NCBI GenBank assembly: GCA_963812015.1
Contig: CAWETI010000002.1
Location: forward strand, 1,376,001-1,440,000
Direction of reading: 5' to 3'
DNA from: an uncultured delta proteobacterium
GTDB taxonomy: Bacteria > Desulfobacterota > Desulfobaccia > Desulfobaccales > 0-14-0-80-60-11
Length of the DNA stretch: 64,000 nt
Part shown: piece after piece, positions 1 through 10,160 of the stretch
Layout of the letters: every line of letters starts with the position of its first letter
Numbering within the stretch: the first letter of the stretch is position 1
Program-made: the position numbers and the translations under genes
The notes under the pieces: generated by a model
Seen by the model: only the letters and a program-made list of their open reading frames with translations
Told to the model about the DNA's origin: nothing
The model's database searches: none

Positions 1-10
1 AAACAAGGAA

Positions 11-2335
11 TTATTCCTTTTCGCCGTTTCCCCTTTTTCCCTTTTTCCCCTCTTCCTCCAGCCGGGCGGCGGCCACGGCCACCTGTCCCAGGGAGATGCA
101 GCCGTCGTTGGGGGGCGTCAGTTTATGAGTGAGCACCGCAAAGCCCCGCTCCTCCAAAGTTTGTTTCAGTCGGCTGAACAGCAGGGCGTTCTGCATCACC
201 CCACCGGATAGGGCCACCAGTTCCAGTCCGGTCCGATCACGGATCAGGTCGCAGGCGTCCGCCAGGAGCCGGACCAGGGAGTTATGGAAGCGGGCGGCGA
301 TGGCGGCCGCGGCCACGCCGGCCAGGTGATCGGTGACCGCGCCGCCGAAAATGGTCAGGGTGTCGAGCACCAGGGCGGCCCCCCCAATTTTTATGGCGGC
401 GGGATAGAAACCGTCTTCGTCTTCGTCGGCGACCATTTCCAGTTCCATGGCCGGCTGCCCCTCGTAGGTCCGGGTCCGGCAGACGTTAAGGGCCGCGGCC
501 ACGGCGTCGAAGAGGCGTCCGGCGCTGGAGGTGAGGGGCGAATTCAGCCCCTGAGCCAGCTGGCGGCGCAGGATGCGTTCTTCCAAGGGGGGAAAGTGCA
601 AACCCAGCCGCCGGGCCTGGTTGCCGAAGTCCTCGCCGTAGAGGCCGTAAAGATAGGCTGCGGCCATGCGGCCCGGATCCCGCACCGCGGCTTCTCCTCC
701 GGGAAGGCGGACGCAGGCGAGATGGCCGGCCCGGGTAAATCCGGCCAGGTCCGCCACCAGAAGTTCACCGCCCCAGACGGTGCCGTCGGGGCCGTAACCC
801 GTGCCGTCCAGGGCGATGCCGATAACGCGATCGGTGCGGCGGTTTTCCGCCAAACAGGCGGCGATATGGGCGTGATGGTGCTGCACCCCCATGAGGGACA
901 CCCCGGTGAGACCATGGGCATAGCGGGTGCTCAGATACAAGGGGTGGAGATCGTGGGCGACGATGGCCGGGTCCTTGCGGCACAGGGCTTTGAAATGGGT
1001 GATGGCGTGCTGGTAATAATCCAAGGTCTCCACCCGGTCCAGGTCGCCGATGTGCTGGCTGAGCAGGGCGACGCCCTGGGCGGCCAGGCAGAAGGTGTTT
1101 TTTTGTTCGGCCCCGACGCCCAAAATAGCCTCCGACTGCAAAGGCAAATAAATGGGGGCGGGGACAAAGCCCCGGGCCCGCCGGACCGGGATCACGTCAG
1201 AGCTCTTGACGGGGCGCACCACGGAGTCGTCGCAGGGCACCTGGATATCCCGGTCATGAAGCAGAAAGGCGTCGGCCAGGCCGGTTAGTTTGCGCCGGGC
1301 CTCGTCGTTGCCGTAGGCCAGGGGCTCTTCGCTGAGGTTGCCGCTGGTCATCACCAGGGCGGCGGGGCCGTGCTCCATGAGCAAAAAGTGCAGGGGAGTG
1401 TAAGGCAACATGAGTCCCAGGTAGCGGTGGCCCGGGGCCACGTGGGCCGAAACGCCGCCCTCGGGGCGCCGGCGGGCCAGGACGATGGGCCGCTCCCGGG
1501 AGAGCAGGAGTGACCGTTCCAGGTCGCCCAGCCGGCAGAGCCGCTCGGCTTCGGCCAGGTCCCGCACCATGAGGGCAAAAGGTTTGGCCACCCGGCCTTT
1601 GCGTTCCCTCAGGGTTTGGACGGCTCCGTCATGCCGGGCGTCGGCGGCCAGGTGAAAGCCCCCCAGGCCCTTGACGGCCACGATCTTCCCATGCATAAGC
1701 AAGCGCGCCGCGGCCGGGATGGCTTCTTGGTCCAGGCGCCGGTCCCCTTCTTCGAGCCAGACCCGGGGCCCGCAGACCGGACAGGCAGTGGGCTCGGCAT
1801 GAAAGCGCCGGTCCTCGGGATTCTCATATTCCGCCCGGCATTGGGGGCACAGGTCGAAGACAGCCATGGTGGTGTGGGGGCGGTCGTAGGGGACCTTCCG
1901 GATGATGGTGAACCGGGGGCCGCAGTTGGTGCAGTTGGTGAAGGGATACCGGTAGCGGCGATTCCGGGGGTCGGCAATGTCGGCCAGGCAGTCGTCACAG
2001 GTGGCCACGTCCGCAGGGATCAGGGCCGCAGTGGCGGCCAGATGCCGGCTCTCCCGGATGGCGAACCCGGTGCTTCCCTCGGGCCGGGATTCGATACTGA
2101 CCACCGCATCGATGCGGGCCAGGGCCGGGGCCTCCTGTTGAAGCTGGCCGATAAAGGTGTCCAGGGAGGTGAGGGGGCCTTCGATCTCGATTTCCACGCA
2201 CTGGGAAGTGTTGCACACCCAACCGGCCAGACGATGCAACCGGGCCAGCCGGTAGACAAAGGGCCGAAAACCGACCCCTTGTACCACGCCGGTCACCTGC
2301 AGCCGTTTTCGGGCCAGAGTCTCTGAAATCGCCAT
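11..2335 (-). CDS. hypF: [NiFe]-hydrogenase maturation carbamoyltransferase HypF
   Basis: Acylphosphatase-like N-terminus (GVVQGVGFRPF), zinc fingers (CDDC, CTNCGPR, CPQC, CPVCGP), KGLGGFHL, HDLHP, QHHHAH, SSAGRLFD, PPNDG. Start uncertain (GTG 2347 or ATG 2335). Confidence 0.95.
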   Translation of the reverse strand: MAISETLARKRLQVTGVVQGVGFRPFVYRLARLHRLAGWVCNTSQCVEIEIEGPLTSLDTFIGQLQQEAPALARIDAVVSIESRPEGSTGFAIRESRHLAATAALIPADVATCDDCLADIADPRNRRYRYPFTNCTNCGPRFTIIRKVPYDRPHTTMAVFDLCPQCRAEYENPEDRRFHAEPTACPVCGPRVWLEEGDRRLDQEAIPAAARLLMHGKIVAVKGLGGFHLAADARHDGAVQTLRERKGRVAKPFALMVRDLAEAERLCRLGDLERSLLLSRERPIVLARRRPEGGVSAHVAPGHRYLGLMLPYTPLHFLLMEHGPAALVMTSGNLSEEPLAYGNDEARRKLTGLADAFLLHDRDIQVPCDDSVVRPVKSSDVIPVRRARGFVPAPIYLPLQSEAILGVGAEQKNTFCLAAQGVALLSQHIGDLDRVETLDYYQHAITHFKALCRKDPAIVAHDLHPLYLSTRYAHGLTGVSLMGVQHHHAHIAACLAENRRTDRVIGIALDGTGYGPDGTVWGGELLVADLAGFTRAGHLACVRLPGGEAAVRDPGRMAAAYLYGLYGEDFGNQARRLGLHFPPLEERILRRQLAQGLNSPLTSSAGRLFDAVAAALNVCRTRTYEGQPAMELEMVADEDEDGFYPAAIKIGGAALVLDTLTIFGGAVTDHLAGVAAAAIAARFHNSLVRLLADACDLIRDRTGLELVALSGGVMQNALLFSRLKQTLEERGFAVLTHKLTPPNDGCISLGQVAVAAARLEEEGKKGKRGNGEKE
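14..53. repeat. 8-mer tandem repeat arm (AAAAGGGR-like on minus strand) forming the 3' end of hypF
   Basis: Minus strand reads AGAGGGGA AAAAGGGA AAAAGGGG AAACGGCG AAAAGGAA TAA; same family as 29251-29421. Confidence 0.7.
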
Positions 2336-2521
2336 GGGCAGCGTCACCTTCCGGCCGGGAACCTCCTGAATGCGCGGCTGATTACTGCAATATTCTTGAA
2401 GTATAGCAAATTTTTCGGGGCGCAGGCAGGATTTGCTCGCCGGGGAGGGAGGAGAAAATTCGGGAGGAGCGCTTCGGGCAAAACCGCCAGGCAGGACCGG
2501 CCGTGCAGAGGTTGGCTGAAA

Positions 2522-2863
2522 TTACGGCTGGTAGGCCCTGATCTCCAGGATGCCGTTGTTACAGGAGAACCGCAGTTGATGACGGGAATGAGGGCCCGGC
2601 AGCAGGACCTCTTTATAGTACCGCCTGCCGCCCCGGGCCGCAGAGATGGTCAACAGTTCATCCCTGAGCGTGAGCTTGACGTCCTTCTTGGTGATGCCGG
2701 GGAGCTCGGCCAGGATCAGGGTGAAACCGGCCTCCTCCAGGATGTCGATGGGGGGCTCCCTGATCTCCAGGACCGGCACTTCCAAAGGTTTCTCCCGGTT
2801 GGAGTGCTGCTGGTCAGCGAGCTCATCGAGTCCGAATGAAATGGAAAATCCCGCCCGTATCAT
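2522..2863 (-). CDS. Hsp20/alpha-crystallin (GvpH-like) small heat-shock protein
   Basis: REPPIDILEE..LAELPGITKKDVKL..NNGILEI motifs; GGAG SD before ATG at 2863. Confidence 0.8.
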   Translation of the reverse strand: MIRAGFSISFGLDELADQQHSNREKPLEVPVLEIREPPIDILEEAGFTLILAELPGITKKDVKLTLRDELLTISAARGGRRYYKEVLLPGPHSRHQLRFSCNNGILEIRAYQP

Positions 2864-3037
2864 GAAACTCTCCCCCAAGGATCGCCGACGACGGCGAAGT
2901 CATAATTGCTTCAGGCCACGGGCCGATGGCGGTTAGTCCAGGCAACTTGAGCCTGGTTTAAATCGAGCAGAAGTAATGAATAAGAAAAAATTTTTATCAT
3001 AACTAAAGGTTGTTGCTAAAAATTGCTTAGGATAACA

Positions 3038-3054
3038 TTCAAATTCTATGCCAA
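3038..3054 (-). promoter_or_regulatory. Candidate sigma-54 (-24/-12) promoter upstream of hsp20
   Basis: Minus strand TTGGCATAGAATTTGAA: correct TGGCA-N6-TTG spacing but GA instead of GC at -12. Confidence 0.35.
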
Positions 3055-3340
3055 CCGAGGGTGCGGCTTTGGCCAGTTTTTCCGAAAGCCCGGTATAGGC
3101 CTATTTCTCAGCCCTCAGTCCCTAAATTAAGAACCATCCCCCGGGGGAGGATGGCCCACCCTGGCCGTCGGGAGAGCTGGTCGTGCGTTCAGCTTGCTGA
3201 ACAGTCAGGGGCATTGGGTTGAAAACCTGAAAAATTGCCGAAAAAATGTGCTATATTAAATACGCTCGGGGGTTGTTGCCGGGGCGGCAGTCAAGACAAG
3301 GGGCGACTTACCCGGCCCGATGCGGCGGAGGAACATTACC

Positions 3341-3784
3341 TTGGAAAAACTCAATGAAGTAGAAATAGTCTTGGTGGAAGACAACCCGTTTGATGCCGAA
3401 CTTACCCTCAGGGCCCTGAAGAAAAAGGGGTTGGCCAACAAGTTGTTGACCTTTCCGGATGGGGTGGAAGTGCTGGACTTTCTTTTCGGTACCGGGGTTT
3501 ATGCCGGGCGGAACCTGGAACCGAGTCCCAAGGTGATTTTCCTGGATTTGAAGCTCCCCCGGGTCAACGGGTTGGAAGTGCTGGCCAAGATCAAAGCCGA
3601 CGAGCGGACCAGAAGGATTCCGGTGGTCATTTTGACTTCGTCCCAGGAAGAGACGGATATCCTCAGGAGCTATAACCTGGGAGTTAACAGCTACATGGTC
3701 AAGCCGGTGGACTTTGACCATTTCTTCCAGGCAGTGGAAGATTTGGGCCTCTACTGGCTGTTGCTCAACAAGGTTCCGAGTTGA
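3341..3784 (+). CDS. Single-domain response regulator (Rcp1-like)
   Basis: [34 protein letters not shown] start after GGAGG SD. Confidence 0.9.
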   Translation: MEKLNEVEIVLVEDNPFDAELTLRALKKKGLANKLLTFPDGVEVLDFLFGTGVYAGRNLEPSPKVIFLDLKLPRVNGLEVLAKIKADERTRRIPVVILTSSQEETDILRSYNLGVNSYMVKPVDFDHFFQAVEDLGLYWLLLNKVPS

Positions 3785-3840
3785 CCATCTGAGGTTCTGC
3801 AGAGAGGCGGCAGAAATCCGGATAGGAGTCGGAGCGATTC

Positions 3841-5745
3841 ATGGAACAGGCCCTACGCATATTGATTCTGGAGGATTTGCCCAGCGATGTGGAGCTGATG
3901 GTCTATGAACTACGGGAAGCGGAGATTGCCCACACTTACCGGCACGTCACCGACCGGGAGAATTTTCTTGCCGCCCTTCAAAATGATCCGCCGGACCTGA
4001 TCCTGTCGGACTTCCACCTACCGAGATTCGATGGACTGGAGGCCCTGGCTCTGGCCCAGGCCACCTGCCCGGATGTTCCCTTTATCTTTGTTTCAGGGGC
4101 CATGGGGGAAGAGGTGGCCATCGACGCGGTGAAGCGCGGGGCCACTGACTATGTGCTCAAGGACCGCCTGCCCCGCCTGGGTCCCGCGGTCCAGCGGGCC
4201 CTGCGGGAGGCCGAAGCGCGCCGGGAGCGCCGACACGCCTTGGCCGCCCTGAGGGAAAGTGAGGAAAACTATCGTCTCCTGGTCAAGAACATCCCGGCCG
4301 TGGTCTATAAAGGCTATCCGGATTGTGCGGTGGATTTTATCGATGGGAAAATTGAAGAGCTCACCGGCTACGCGAAGAGTGAGTTCGACACCCGGCACCT
4401 GAAGTGGTTTGACGTATTGATCCAAGAGGACCTGAGGAAGTTCAAAGAGGCGTTTCTCAAAGGACTGAGGGATTCAGGGTCATACCTCAGAGAATACCGG
4501 ATAAGGCGAAAAGACGGTGGGGTCATCTGGATTCAGGACCGGGGCCAGATCATCTGCAGCCCGGACGGCCGGGTGGAGTACATCAGCGGGGTGTTTTTCG
4601 ACATTACTGAGCGCCGCCACGCCGAAGAAGCCCTGCGGGCGAGCGAAGCGCGGTTCGCCTCCTTTATGCGGCACCTCCCCGGTATAGCGGTCATGCGGGA
4701 CTTTAAGGGGAATTATCTCTTTGCCAATGAAGCCTGGGAAAGGCTCCAACGCCGACCGTCTCAGGCCTTGTCGGGCAAGTCCACCGATGCCGCGCCGGCG
4801 GCCGCGCCGGCGGTCTACCCTAACGACCGGGAACTGCAGGTCATCACCCGGGGGGAGCCCGTGCAGACCATCGAGGAGATTCCCCAGGAAGACGGCATCC
4901 ACACCTGGCTGGTCAATAAATTCCCCATCCTGGACCAAGACAATCAGCCGATCCTGATGGGTGCGGTGGGCATTGACATTACCCGGCGGCGGCGGGCGGA
5001 AGAAGCCCTGCGGGAATCGGAGCAACGGCTGCGTTTCCTGACCTCACAGCTCCTGAGCGCTCAGGAACGGGAACGGAAACGGATTTCCATGGAGCTGCAC
5101 GACGAACTGGGGCAGAGCCTGGCGGTGCTGAAACTCCAAATCAGGGCTATTGAACGGGGCCTGACGGAAGATCAGCAGGATTTGAGAGAGGGATGCCGGG
5201 AATTGCTGCGCTATCTGGACGGGGTGATCGACAATATCCGCCGCCTCTCCCGGGATCTGAGCCCCGTGATCCTGGAAGATTTAGGCCTGCAATCGGCGTT
5301 GAAATACTTGATCAATGGGGTCAGTAAGCACTATACTGTCAGCCATTCCTTTGAGGTGGAAGATTTGGACCATCTGTTCACGTCTGACGCCCAGATCATT
5401 ATCTACCGGATTTTTCAGGAATGCCTGACCAACATATCGAAGCATGCCGACGCCACCGAAGTCGGTATTAGCCTGAAAGAAGATAATAGTTTGATTTCAT
5501 TGATTTTTCATGATAATGGGACAGGATTTGACCCGGGCCAGATTTCGGACCGCCGGGCCGCTGGCCGGGGATTGGGTTTGGCCGCCCTGGATGAACGGGC
5601 CCGGATGCTGGGGGGGGGCCTGGAGATCCGGAGCCAGCCGGGGTCCGGTACCCGAGTGACCGTGGTCATTCCCATTGATCAGGCGAGAAGAACCACAAGC
5701 AATCAATCCGGGAGCGGTGCTTCCCGAGGCGTCAAACCAGGTTAG
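3841..5745 (+). CDS. Hybrid sensor kinase REC-PAS-PAS-HisKA_3-HATPase (NarX/UhpB type)
   Basis: N-terminal receiver (ILSDFHLP), two PAS/PAC repeats (DITERR, DITRRR), ERKRISMELHDELGQ H-box, QECLTN, DNGTGFD, GLGL. Confidence 0.92.
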   Translation: MEQALRILILEDLPSDVELMVYELREAEIAHTYRHVTDRENFLAALQNDPPDLILSDFHLPRFDGLEALALAQATCPDVPFIFVSGAMGEEVAIDAVKRGATDYVLKDRLPRLGPAVQRALREAEARRERRHALAALRESEENYRLLVKNIPAVVYKGYPDCAVDFIDGKIEELTGYAKSEFDTRHLKWFDVLIQEDLRKFKEAFLKGLRDSGSYLREYRIRRKDGGVIWIQDRGQIICSPDGRVEYISGVFFDITERRHAEEALRASEARFASFMRHLPGIAVMRDFKGNYLFANEAWERLQRRPSQALSGKSTDAAPAAAPAVYPNDRELQVITRGEPVQTIEEIPQEDGIHTWLVNKFPILDQDNQPILMGAVGIDITRRRRAEEALRESEQRLRFLTSQLLSAQERERKRISMELHDELGQSLAVLKLQIRAIERGLTEDQQDLREGCRELLRYLDGVIDNIRRLSRDLSPVILEDLGLQSALKYLINGVSKHYTVSHSFEVEDLDHLFTSDAQIIIYRIFQECLTNISKHADATEVGISLKEDNSLISLIFHDNGTGFDPGQISDRRAAGRGLGLAALDERARMLGGGLEIRSQPGSGTRVTVVIPIDQARRTTSNQSGSGASRGVKPG

Positions 5746-5887
5746 GCAAAGAATCGGCGGGGTGGTGCAGCTGGCCTCGGGCCCTGCTGCCAGGAAGCCC
5801 TCCGGGAGGAACAAGCTTTAACATAACCGCTTGGCAGAACTGGCGGTTCCCCTTTATTCAGCCGCAGGTTAATGATGGAGGAGCGCG

Positions 5888-6559
5888 ATGGAGAGCCCTT
5901 TCAAGATTTTGTTGGCTGATGACCATGTGATGTTTCGCCGGGGCGTCAGAAGTATCATTCAGGGCATAACTGATGTGGAAGTGGTGGGGGAAGCAAGTGA
6001 CGGCCTTGAACTTTTGCGGCTCTTGCATGAGGTTACCCCCAACCTGGTGATTTTGGATATCTCCATGCCTAATCTCCGAGGCCTGGAAGCCACCCGGGAG
6101 ATCAAAATGGTCAATCCCGGGGTCAAGGTCTTGATCCTGACCATGCACAAGGATCGGGAATACCTCTATCATGCCTTAACGGCCGGCGCCGAGGGATACC
6201 TGCTCAAGGAAGATGCGGACGGGGAGTTGATTGCAGCCATAGAGACCTTGCGCAAAGGCGGCACCTTCATCTCCCCCCTGCTGTCCACCCAGATGGCGGA
6301 TATTTTTGTAGAAAAATTTCGGTCCGGAGGGGAACTGCGGGCGGCGCCGGGGGAGCCCCTCACGGTCCGGGAACGGGAAATCATCAAACTCATTGCCGAA
6401 GGGAAATCCAGCAAAGAAATCGGCGAACTCCTCTTTATCAGCAGCCGGACGGCGCAACACCACCGCGCCAACATCATGAGAAAACTGCACGTCAAGAAAA
6501 CCGCCGACCTGGTTAAATATGCCATCCAGAAGGGATACGTCATGGATTCGGCCTCCTAA
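5888..6559 (+). CDS. NarL/LuxR-family DNA-binding response regulator
   Basis: LLADDH, ILDISMP, GYLLK, LuxR HTH LTVREREIIKLIAEG..HRANIMRKL. Confidence 0.93.
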   Translation: MESPFKILLADDHVMFRRGVRSIIQGITDVEVVGEASDGLELLRLLHEVTPNLVILDISMPNLRGLEATREIKMVNPGVKVLILTMHKDREYLYHALTAGAEGYLLKEDADGELIAAIETLRKGGTFISPLLSTQMADIFVEKFRSGGELRAAPGEPLTVREREIIKLIAEGKSSKEIGELLFISSRTAQHHRANIMRKLHVKKTADLVKYAIQKGYVMDSAS

Positions 6560-6681
6560 GGGCCATCCCCTTGCCCCAGGCTTGTCCTCAACATGCTCCC
6601 TGCATTGCCCTCTCAATTGTGGCCAGTAACGCCCGCGAAATTTATGCCCCTACCATTTTTGCCGATACCGATAAAACGGTC

Positions 6682-6721
6682 TAGGTATTTTTGCCCAGAG
6701 GCAAATAGGCATTAGAGCCAA
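6682..6721 (+). promoter_or_regulatory. Candidate tandem operator (TAGG-N8-CCNA-like x2, 24-bp period)
   Basis: TAGGTATTTTTGCCCA at 6682 and TAGGCATTAGAGCCAA at 6706; the same architecture recurs at 7283/7307. Confidence 0.55.
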
Positions 6722-6814
6722 TATATTTCCCCGCTCCGATTCGCTACTCTGACAACCAGTCTTTCATCGAAGCTGAACGCCGGGGTCAGACGTAGCCGAT
6801 TGGAGCAGGAACCC

Positions 6815-7282
6815 ATGAACCGCCCCTATTATATTGTCTTAGCCGACGACCATATCCGGTTCCGCCAGGAATTGCGGAAGATCTTGGAAGAGATATCCGG
6901 CATCAAAGTTGTGGGCGAAGCCGGAGACCGTCGCGAACTCTTTGAACTATTAGAGCAATCACGGCCGGAAATGGTGATCCTGGATGTATCGATGGCCGAT
7001 CTGCGGGGCAGGGAAGGAACTCAACTCATCAAGTTGCGGTACCCGGGCATGAAGATCTTGATCATGGTCATGGATCAAGCCAGAGAATACCTGTCGTACG
7101 GATTGGCAGCCGGCGCCACCGGAATCTTGCCGAAACAATATGTGGCGGGCCAAATCGCTGGGGCCATTGCCGCAGTGCGCCGGGGGAAAATCTTTTTACC
7201 GCCTCAAATGCCGGAGAAAAGCAGTCCCTGGACTGCGGCGCCGGCGGCCACGGACCCTGGCCAGTTCGGGGTGAAGGAATGA
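6815..7282 (+). CDS. NarL-like receiver-only response regulator (no HTH)
   Basis: VLADDH, VILDVSM, GILPK; ends where the HTH linker would start. Confidence 0.82.
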   Translation: MNRPYYIVLADDHIRFRQELRKILEEISGIKVVGEAGDRRELFELLEQSRPEMVILDVSMADLRGREGTQLIKLRYPGMKILIMVMDQAREYLSYGLAAGATGILPKQYVAGQIAGAIAAVRRGKIFLPPQMPEKSSPWTAAPAATDPGQFGVKE

Positions 7283-7322
7283 TAGGTACTTTCGCCTAAG
7301 GGGGAATAGGTAGTTTCGCGGA
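7283..7322 (+). promoter_or_regulatory. Candidate tandem operator (TAGG-N8-CCTA x2, 24-bp period)
   Basis: TAGGTACTTTCGCCTA at 7283 and TAGGTAGTTTCGCGGA at 7307. Confidence 0.55.
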
Positions 7323-7438
7323 TTGACCTCATCCCCCCAAACGCGGTTAAATGGCACCATGAAATCGTATGAATTTGCCTTATCCGCCATCCACGAGGAA
7401 TTCTCACACCAACCCGGGGGACATTGAGGAGCTGGCGC

Positions 7439-8542
7439 ATGGCTAAGTACGACATTCTGTTGATCAGCGATGGCACGAATCTCCTACAGGCGATCGGTTG
7501 GGTTTTGGAATATAAAGGCTTTGCGGTCGAGACGACGACCAGCCCGGAAGCCGCTCTGGAAGCCCTGGTGCGCAAGAACTATGATCTGGTGGTTGCCAAG
7601 CTCACCACGGACGATCTGGAGGGTCTGGACATCCTGAAGCGGGCCAAGCGGCTCAACCCTGAAGTTAAGGTCATGGTGGTCAGCGGCAATCATGACGCCA
7701 TCTTTCCCCTGGAAGCGTATGAGATTGAAGTAGACGATTACCTCTTGATGCCGGTGAGCCCCCCGGAACTGTGGCGGCGGGTGAGCCGTTGCCTGGAGGG
7801 GCGGGAGGTCGTAGACCTTGAGCCGGTGGTGGCGCCGAGCTCCAGGGAAGGTGACCAGGCGGGACCGCAGATGAGGCTCATGCTGCACGACATCAGGGGC
7901 GCCATGGTATCCAGCGCCGCATCGCTCAAGCTCTTGGCCCGGGGCTTCTATGGGGAAATGAGTGAAAAGGCCAAGGCCAAACTCCATGAAGTCACCGATC
8001 GGATCGAGACCATGGGTCACCTGACCGAGGAGTGCATCGACAGGCCCTTGGTGGATCACCAGCCTGGAAGCCGGGGGCGGGACGTGGTCGATTTAACCGA
8101 AGACGTGGTCGAGCCGGTTCTGGCTGAACTGGCCACGGAGATCCAGGCTCGTCAGATAACCCTGGTGAACCGGTTGCGTAATCAGCCGGAAGGCAAGATT
8201 CCGATCAGGGGCAGAAAGTCGTGGTTGAAGGGCGTCTTCCGGAATCTCATCAATAACGGCATGACCTATGGCGGCCGCGGCTGCACCATCGTGGTGGATT
8301 TGGAGATGGACGGGTCCAGTTGCCGCTTGCACGTGTATAACACCGGCAAAACCGTTCCCGAGGCCTGCCGGCCCATGCTCTTCTCTTATAGCGAGGGGAT
8401 GCGGCGGTCCAAAAAGAGTCGCCGGGGTTTAGGCCTCGGACTGTCCCTGAGCCGTGACATCATCCAGAACCAGGGCGGTGACATCTGGTATGAGGCGAAA
8501 GTTGACGGTTCCAATTTTGTGGTGTCTTTACCCCAGCATTGA
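7439..8542 (+). CDS. Atypical receiver + histidine kinase/HATPase protein
   Basis: Receiver-like N-terminus lacking the phosphoacceptor Asp (YDLVVAKL), H-box LHDIRG, N-box RNLINNG, G2 GLGLGL. Confidence 0.8.
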   Translation: MAKYDILLISDGTNLLQAIGWVLEYKGFAVETTTSPEAALEALVRKNYDLVVAKLTTDDLEGLDILKRAKRLNPEVKVMVVSGNHDAIFPLEAYEIEVDDYLLMPVSPPELWRRVSRCLEGREVVDLEPVVAPSSREGDQAGPQMRLMLHDIRGAMVSSAASLKLLARGFYGEMSEKAKAKLHEVTDRIETMGHLTEECIDRPLVDHQPGSRGRDVVDLTEDVVEPVLAELATEIQARQITLVNRLRNQPEGKIPIRGRKSWLKGVFRNLINNGMTYGGRGCTIVVDLEMDGSSCRLHVYNTGKTVPEACRPMLFSYSEGMRRSKKSRRGLGLGLSLSRDIIQNQGGDIWYEAKVDGSNFVVSLPQH

Positions 8543-8618
8543 TCCTGGTTTGGCTTATAATCCATCAGGCGGTTGGCGCTCTTAACCGTCTCCGGGGAGA
8601 GTAGGGGAATTCGTTACC

Positions 8619-8654
8619 GCAGGGGCAGGGGCTGATATGGTCCTTGCCCCTTTT
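8619..8654 (+). terminator. Probable hairpin terminator after the signalling cluster
   Basis: AGGGGCAGGGGC-loop-GTCCTTGCCCCT followed by a T-run. Confidence 0.45.
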
Positions 8655-8730
8655 GGGGTGGGTCTTACCCACGTTGGGGGTTAACGGTCAGCAGGATTTA
8701 CTGAAATATTTGCCTTCCGGCGATTTTATC

Positions 8731-8759
8731 TTGACATTGGCAGGCTGGATCATTAAAAA
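8731..8759 (+). promoter_or_regulatory. sigma-70-like promoter of cspA
   Basis: TTGACA-17 bp-TAAAAA, giving a roughly 140-nt leader typical of csp mRNAs. Confidence 0.5.
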
Positions 8760-8906
8760 GCGAGTAGGTATGTCAGATTGAAGGCAGGGCCGGGCCCTGG
8801 ACCAAAATTGGAACGGAACGCACTTACCGTTCTTTTTTATCTGACTGCTGGTTCACGTCTCTGCCCCAAACGGCATGGTTTCAATCTTCAGGAGGATTTA
8901 TTCAGC

Positions 8907-9110
8907 ATGAGAGTTAAGGGAAAGGTAAAATGGTTTAATGATGCGAAGGGTTATGGTTTCATTTCCCAAGAGGACGGCACTGATGTCTTCGTGCATCATT
9001 CCGCCATCCAGGGAGAGGGGTTCAAGTCTCTCCAGGAAAACCAGGAGGTTGAGTTTGAAGTGGTCCAGGGCGCCAAAGGGCTCCAGGCCCAGAACGTCAT
9101 CAAGCTCTGA
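8907..9110 (+). CDS. cspA: Cold-shock protein
   Basis: [33 protein letters not shown]. Confidence 0.95.
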   Translation: MRVKGKVKWFNDAKGYGFISQEDGTDVFVHHSAIQGEGFKSLQENQEVEFEVVQGAKGLQAQNVIKL

Positions 9111-9132
9111 TATTCAAGGCTAACCGGGCGAG

Positions 9133-9169
9133 ACTCCAGGGGTCTTGGGCCCCTGGAGTTTGTTTTTTT
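9133..9169 (+). terminator. Rho-independent terminator after cspA
   Basis: ACTCCAGGGG/CCCCTGGAGT stem followed by a T-tract. Confidence 0.85.
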
Positions 9170-9425
9170 CACCTGCCGGCGGCGGGCATCCCGCCTCGCC
9201 GGCTGCCCCCGGCCGGGGGTTGCCGCCAACCGCTCGTGCTCCTGCCGTCGGCCTCTCCCGGCGAGGTCAAAGGGCCGGGAGTTGGAGCGATACCCACCCC
9301 ATCAGCCTGCCGCATCCCCGTGTTTACCCGCTCTCCGCAGCCTGGCCGCCAGAAAAGGATTGACCGGGGCCGGTTTTATTGTTATTTTGTACCTTAATAA
9401 TTGATCAGCCTCAGGGGGCGTTGGA

Positions 9426-10160
9426 ATGTCCAAACTTGCGAATTATTTTACCAAGGCTGACCGCAAGAAGCTGTTTTTTGATTATCTTAAGCTCGTCGGG
9501 ATCCTCGAGATTGTCATTTTTATCGTGGTGGTCCTGTGGGCTTCCGATGATAAATACCACCGGGTGCAGTCCGCCTTCCCCTGGCGGGAATATGTCTTTG
9601 TGGCCTTTGCCTTCCCGATTGTCTTCACCTTCCTCATGGGGGTGATTATCACCGGATTCAACTATTTTCTGGGAGGTGAAGAGGAGGTTAAGGCTGAAAG
9701 CGGGGAAACGCCCATCAACCAGATGGATGCGGTGGTCAGCCAAATCAAGCGCCTGCCCTACCTGAGCATTTTATTTCTGTTGTTGGTGACCATATTCGCC
9801 CTCTACAATATGAACCATATCATGGCCTGGTTGCGCGATTTGGGCTATGACACCTTCCGTTTTCTGAGTTATGTGCTGGCCGGACTGGGCGTCATCGTGG
9901 TCATCTACATGGTGTTCTTCCTATTTTTCAAATACCGCCTCAACCATAAGCACATGAAATACCAATATTATTCTGACATTTCCGCCAGACACGGGCTGAT
10001 TATCCTGGACGACCAGACCGTGCTCCACAAGAACGGCAATCTCCTGGTGAAGGGGCGGCGTTGGCGGGGGCCCAAGCAGGTGGGGACCGCGCCTGCCCAA
10101 CCGGAATTGTATGGTCCGGAGCCACCCAACCGGGACCACCTGCCGTTGCCCAAACCCTGA
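9426..10160 (+). CDS. Hypothetical membrane protein (about 4 TM helices)
   Basis: Four hydrophobic segments; stop overlaps the next start (TGATG). Confidence 0.7.
   Translation: MSKLANYFTKADRKKLFFDYLKLVGILEIVIFIVVVLWASDDKYHRVQSAFPWREYVFVAFAFPIVFTFLMGVIITGFNYFLGGEEEVKAESGETPINQMDAVVSQIKRLPYLSILFLLLVTIFALYNMNHIMAWLRDLGYDTFRFLSYVLAGLGVIVVIYMVFFLFFKYRLNHKHMKYQYYSDISARHGLIILDDQTVLHKNGNLLVKGRRWRGPKQVGTAPAQPELYGPEPPNRDHLPLPKP

Noticed and set aside
3070..3111. Third copy of the TAGG-N8-CCTA tandem operator upstream of hsp20
   Set aside because: Matches are weak and spacing is 26 rather than 24 bp.
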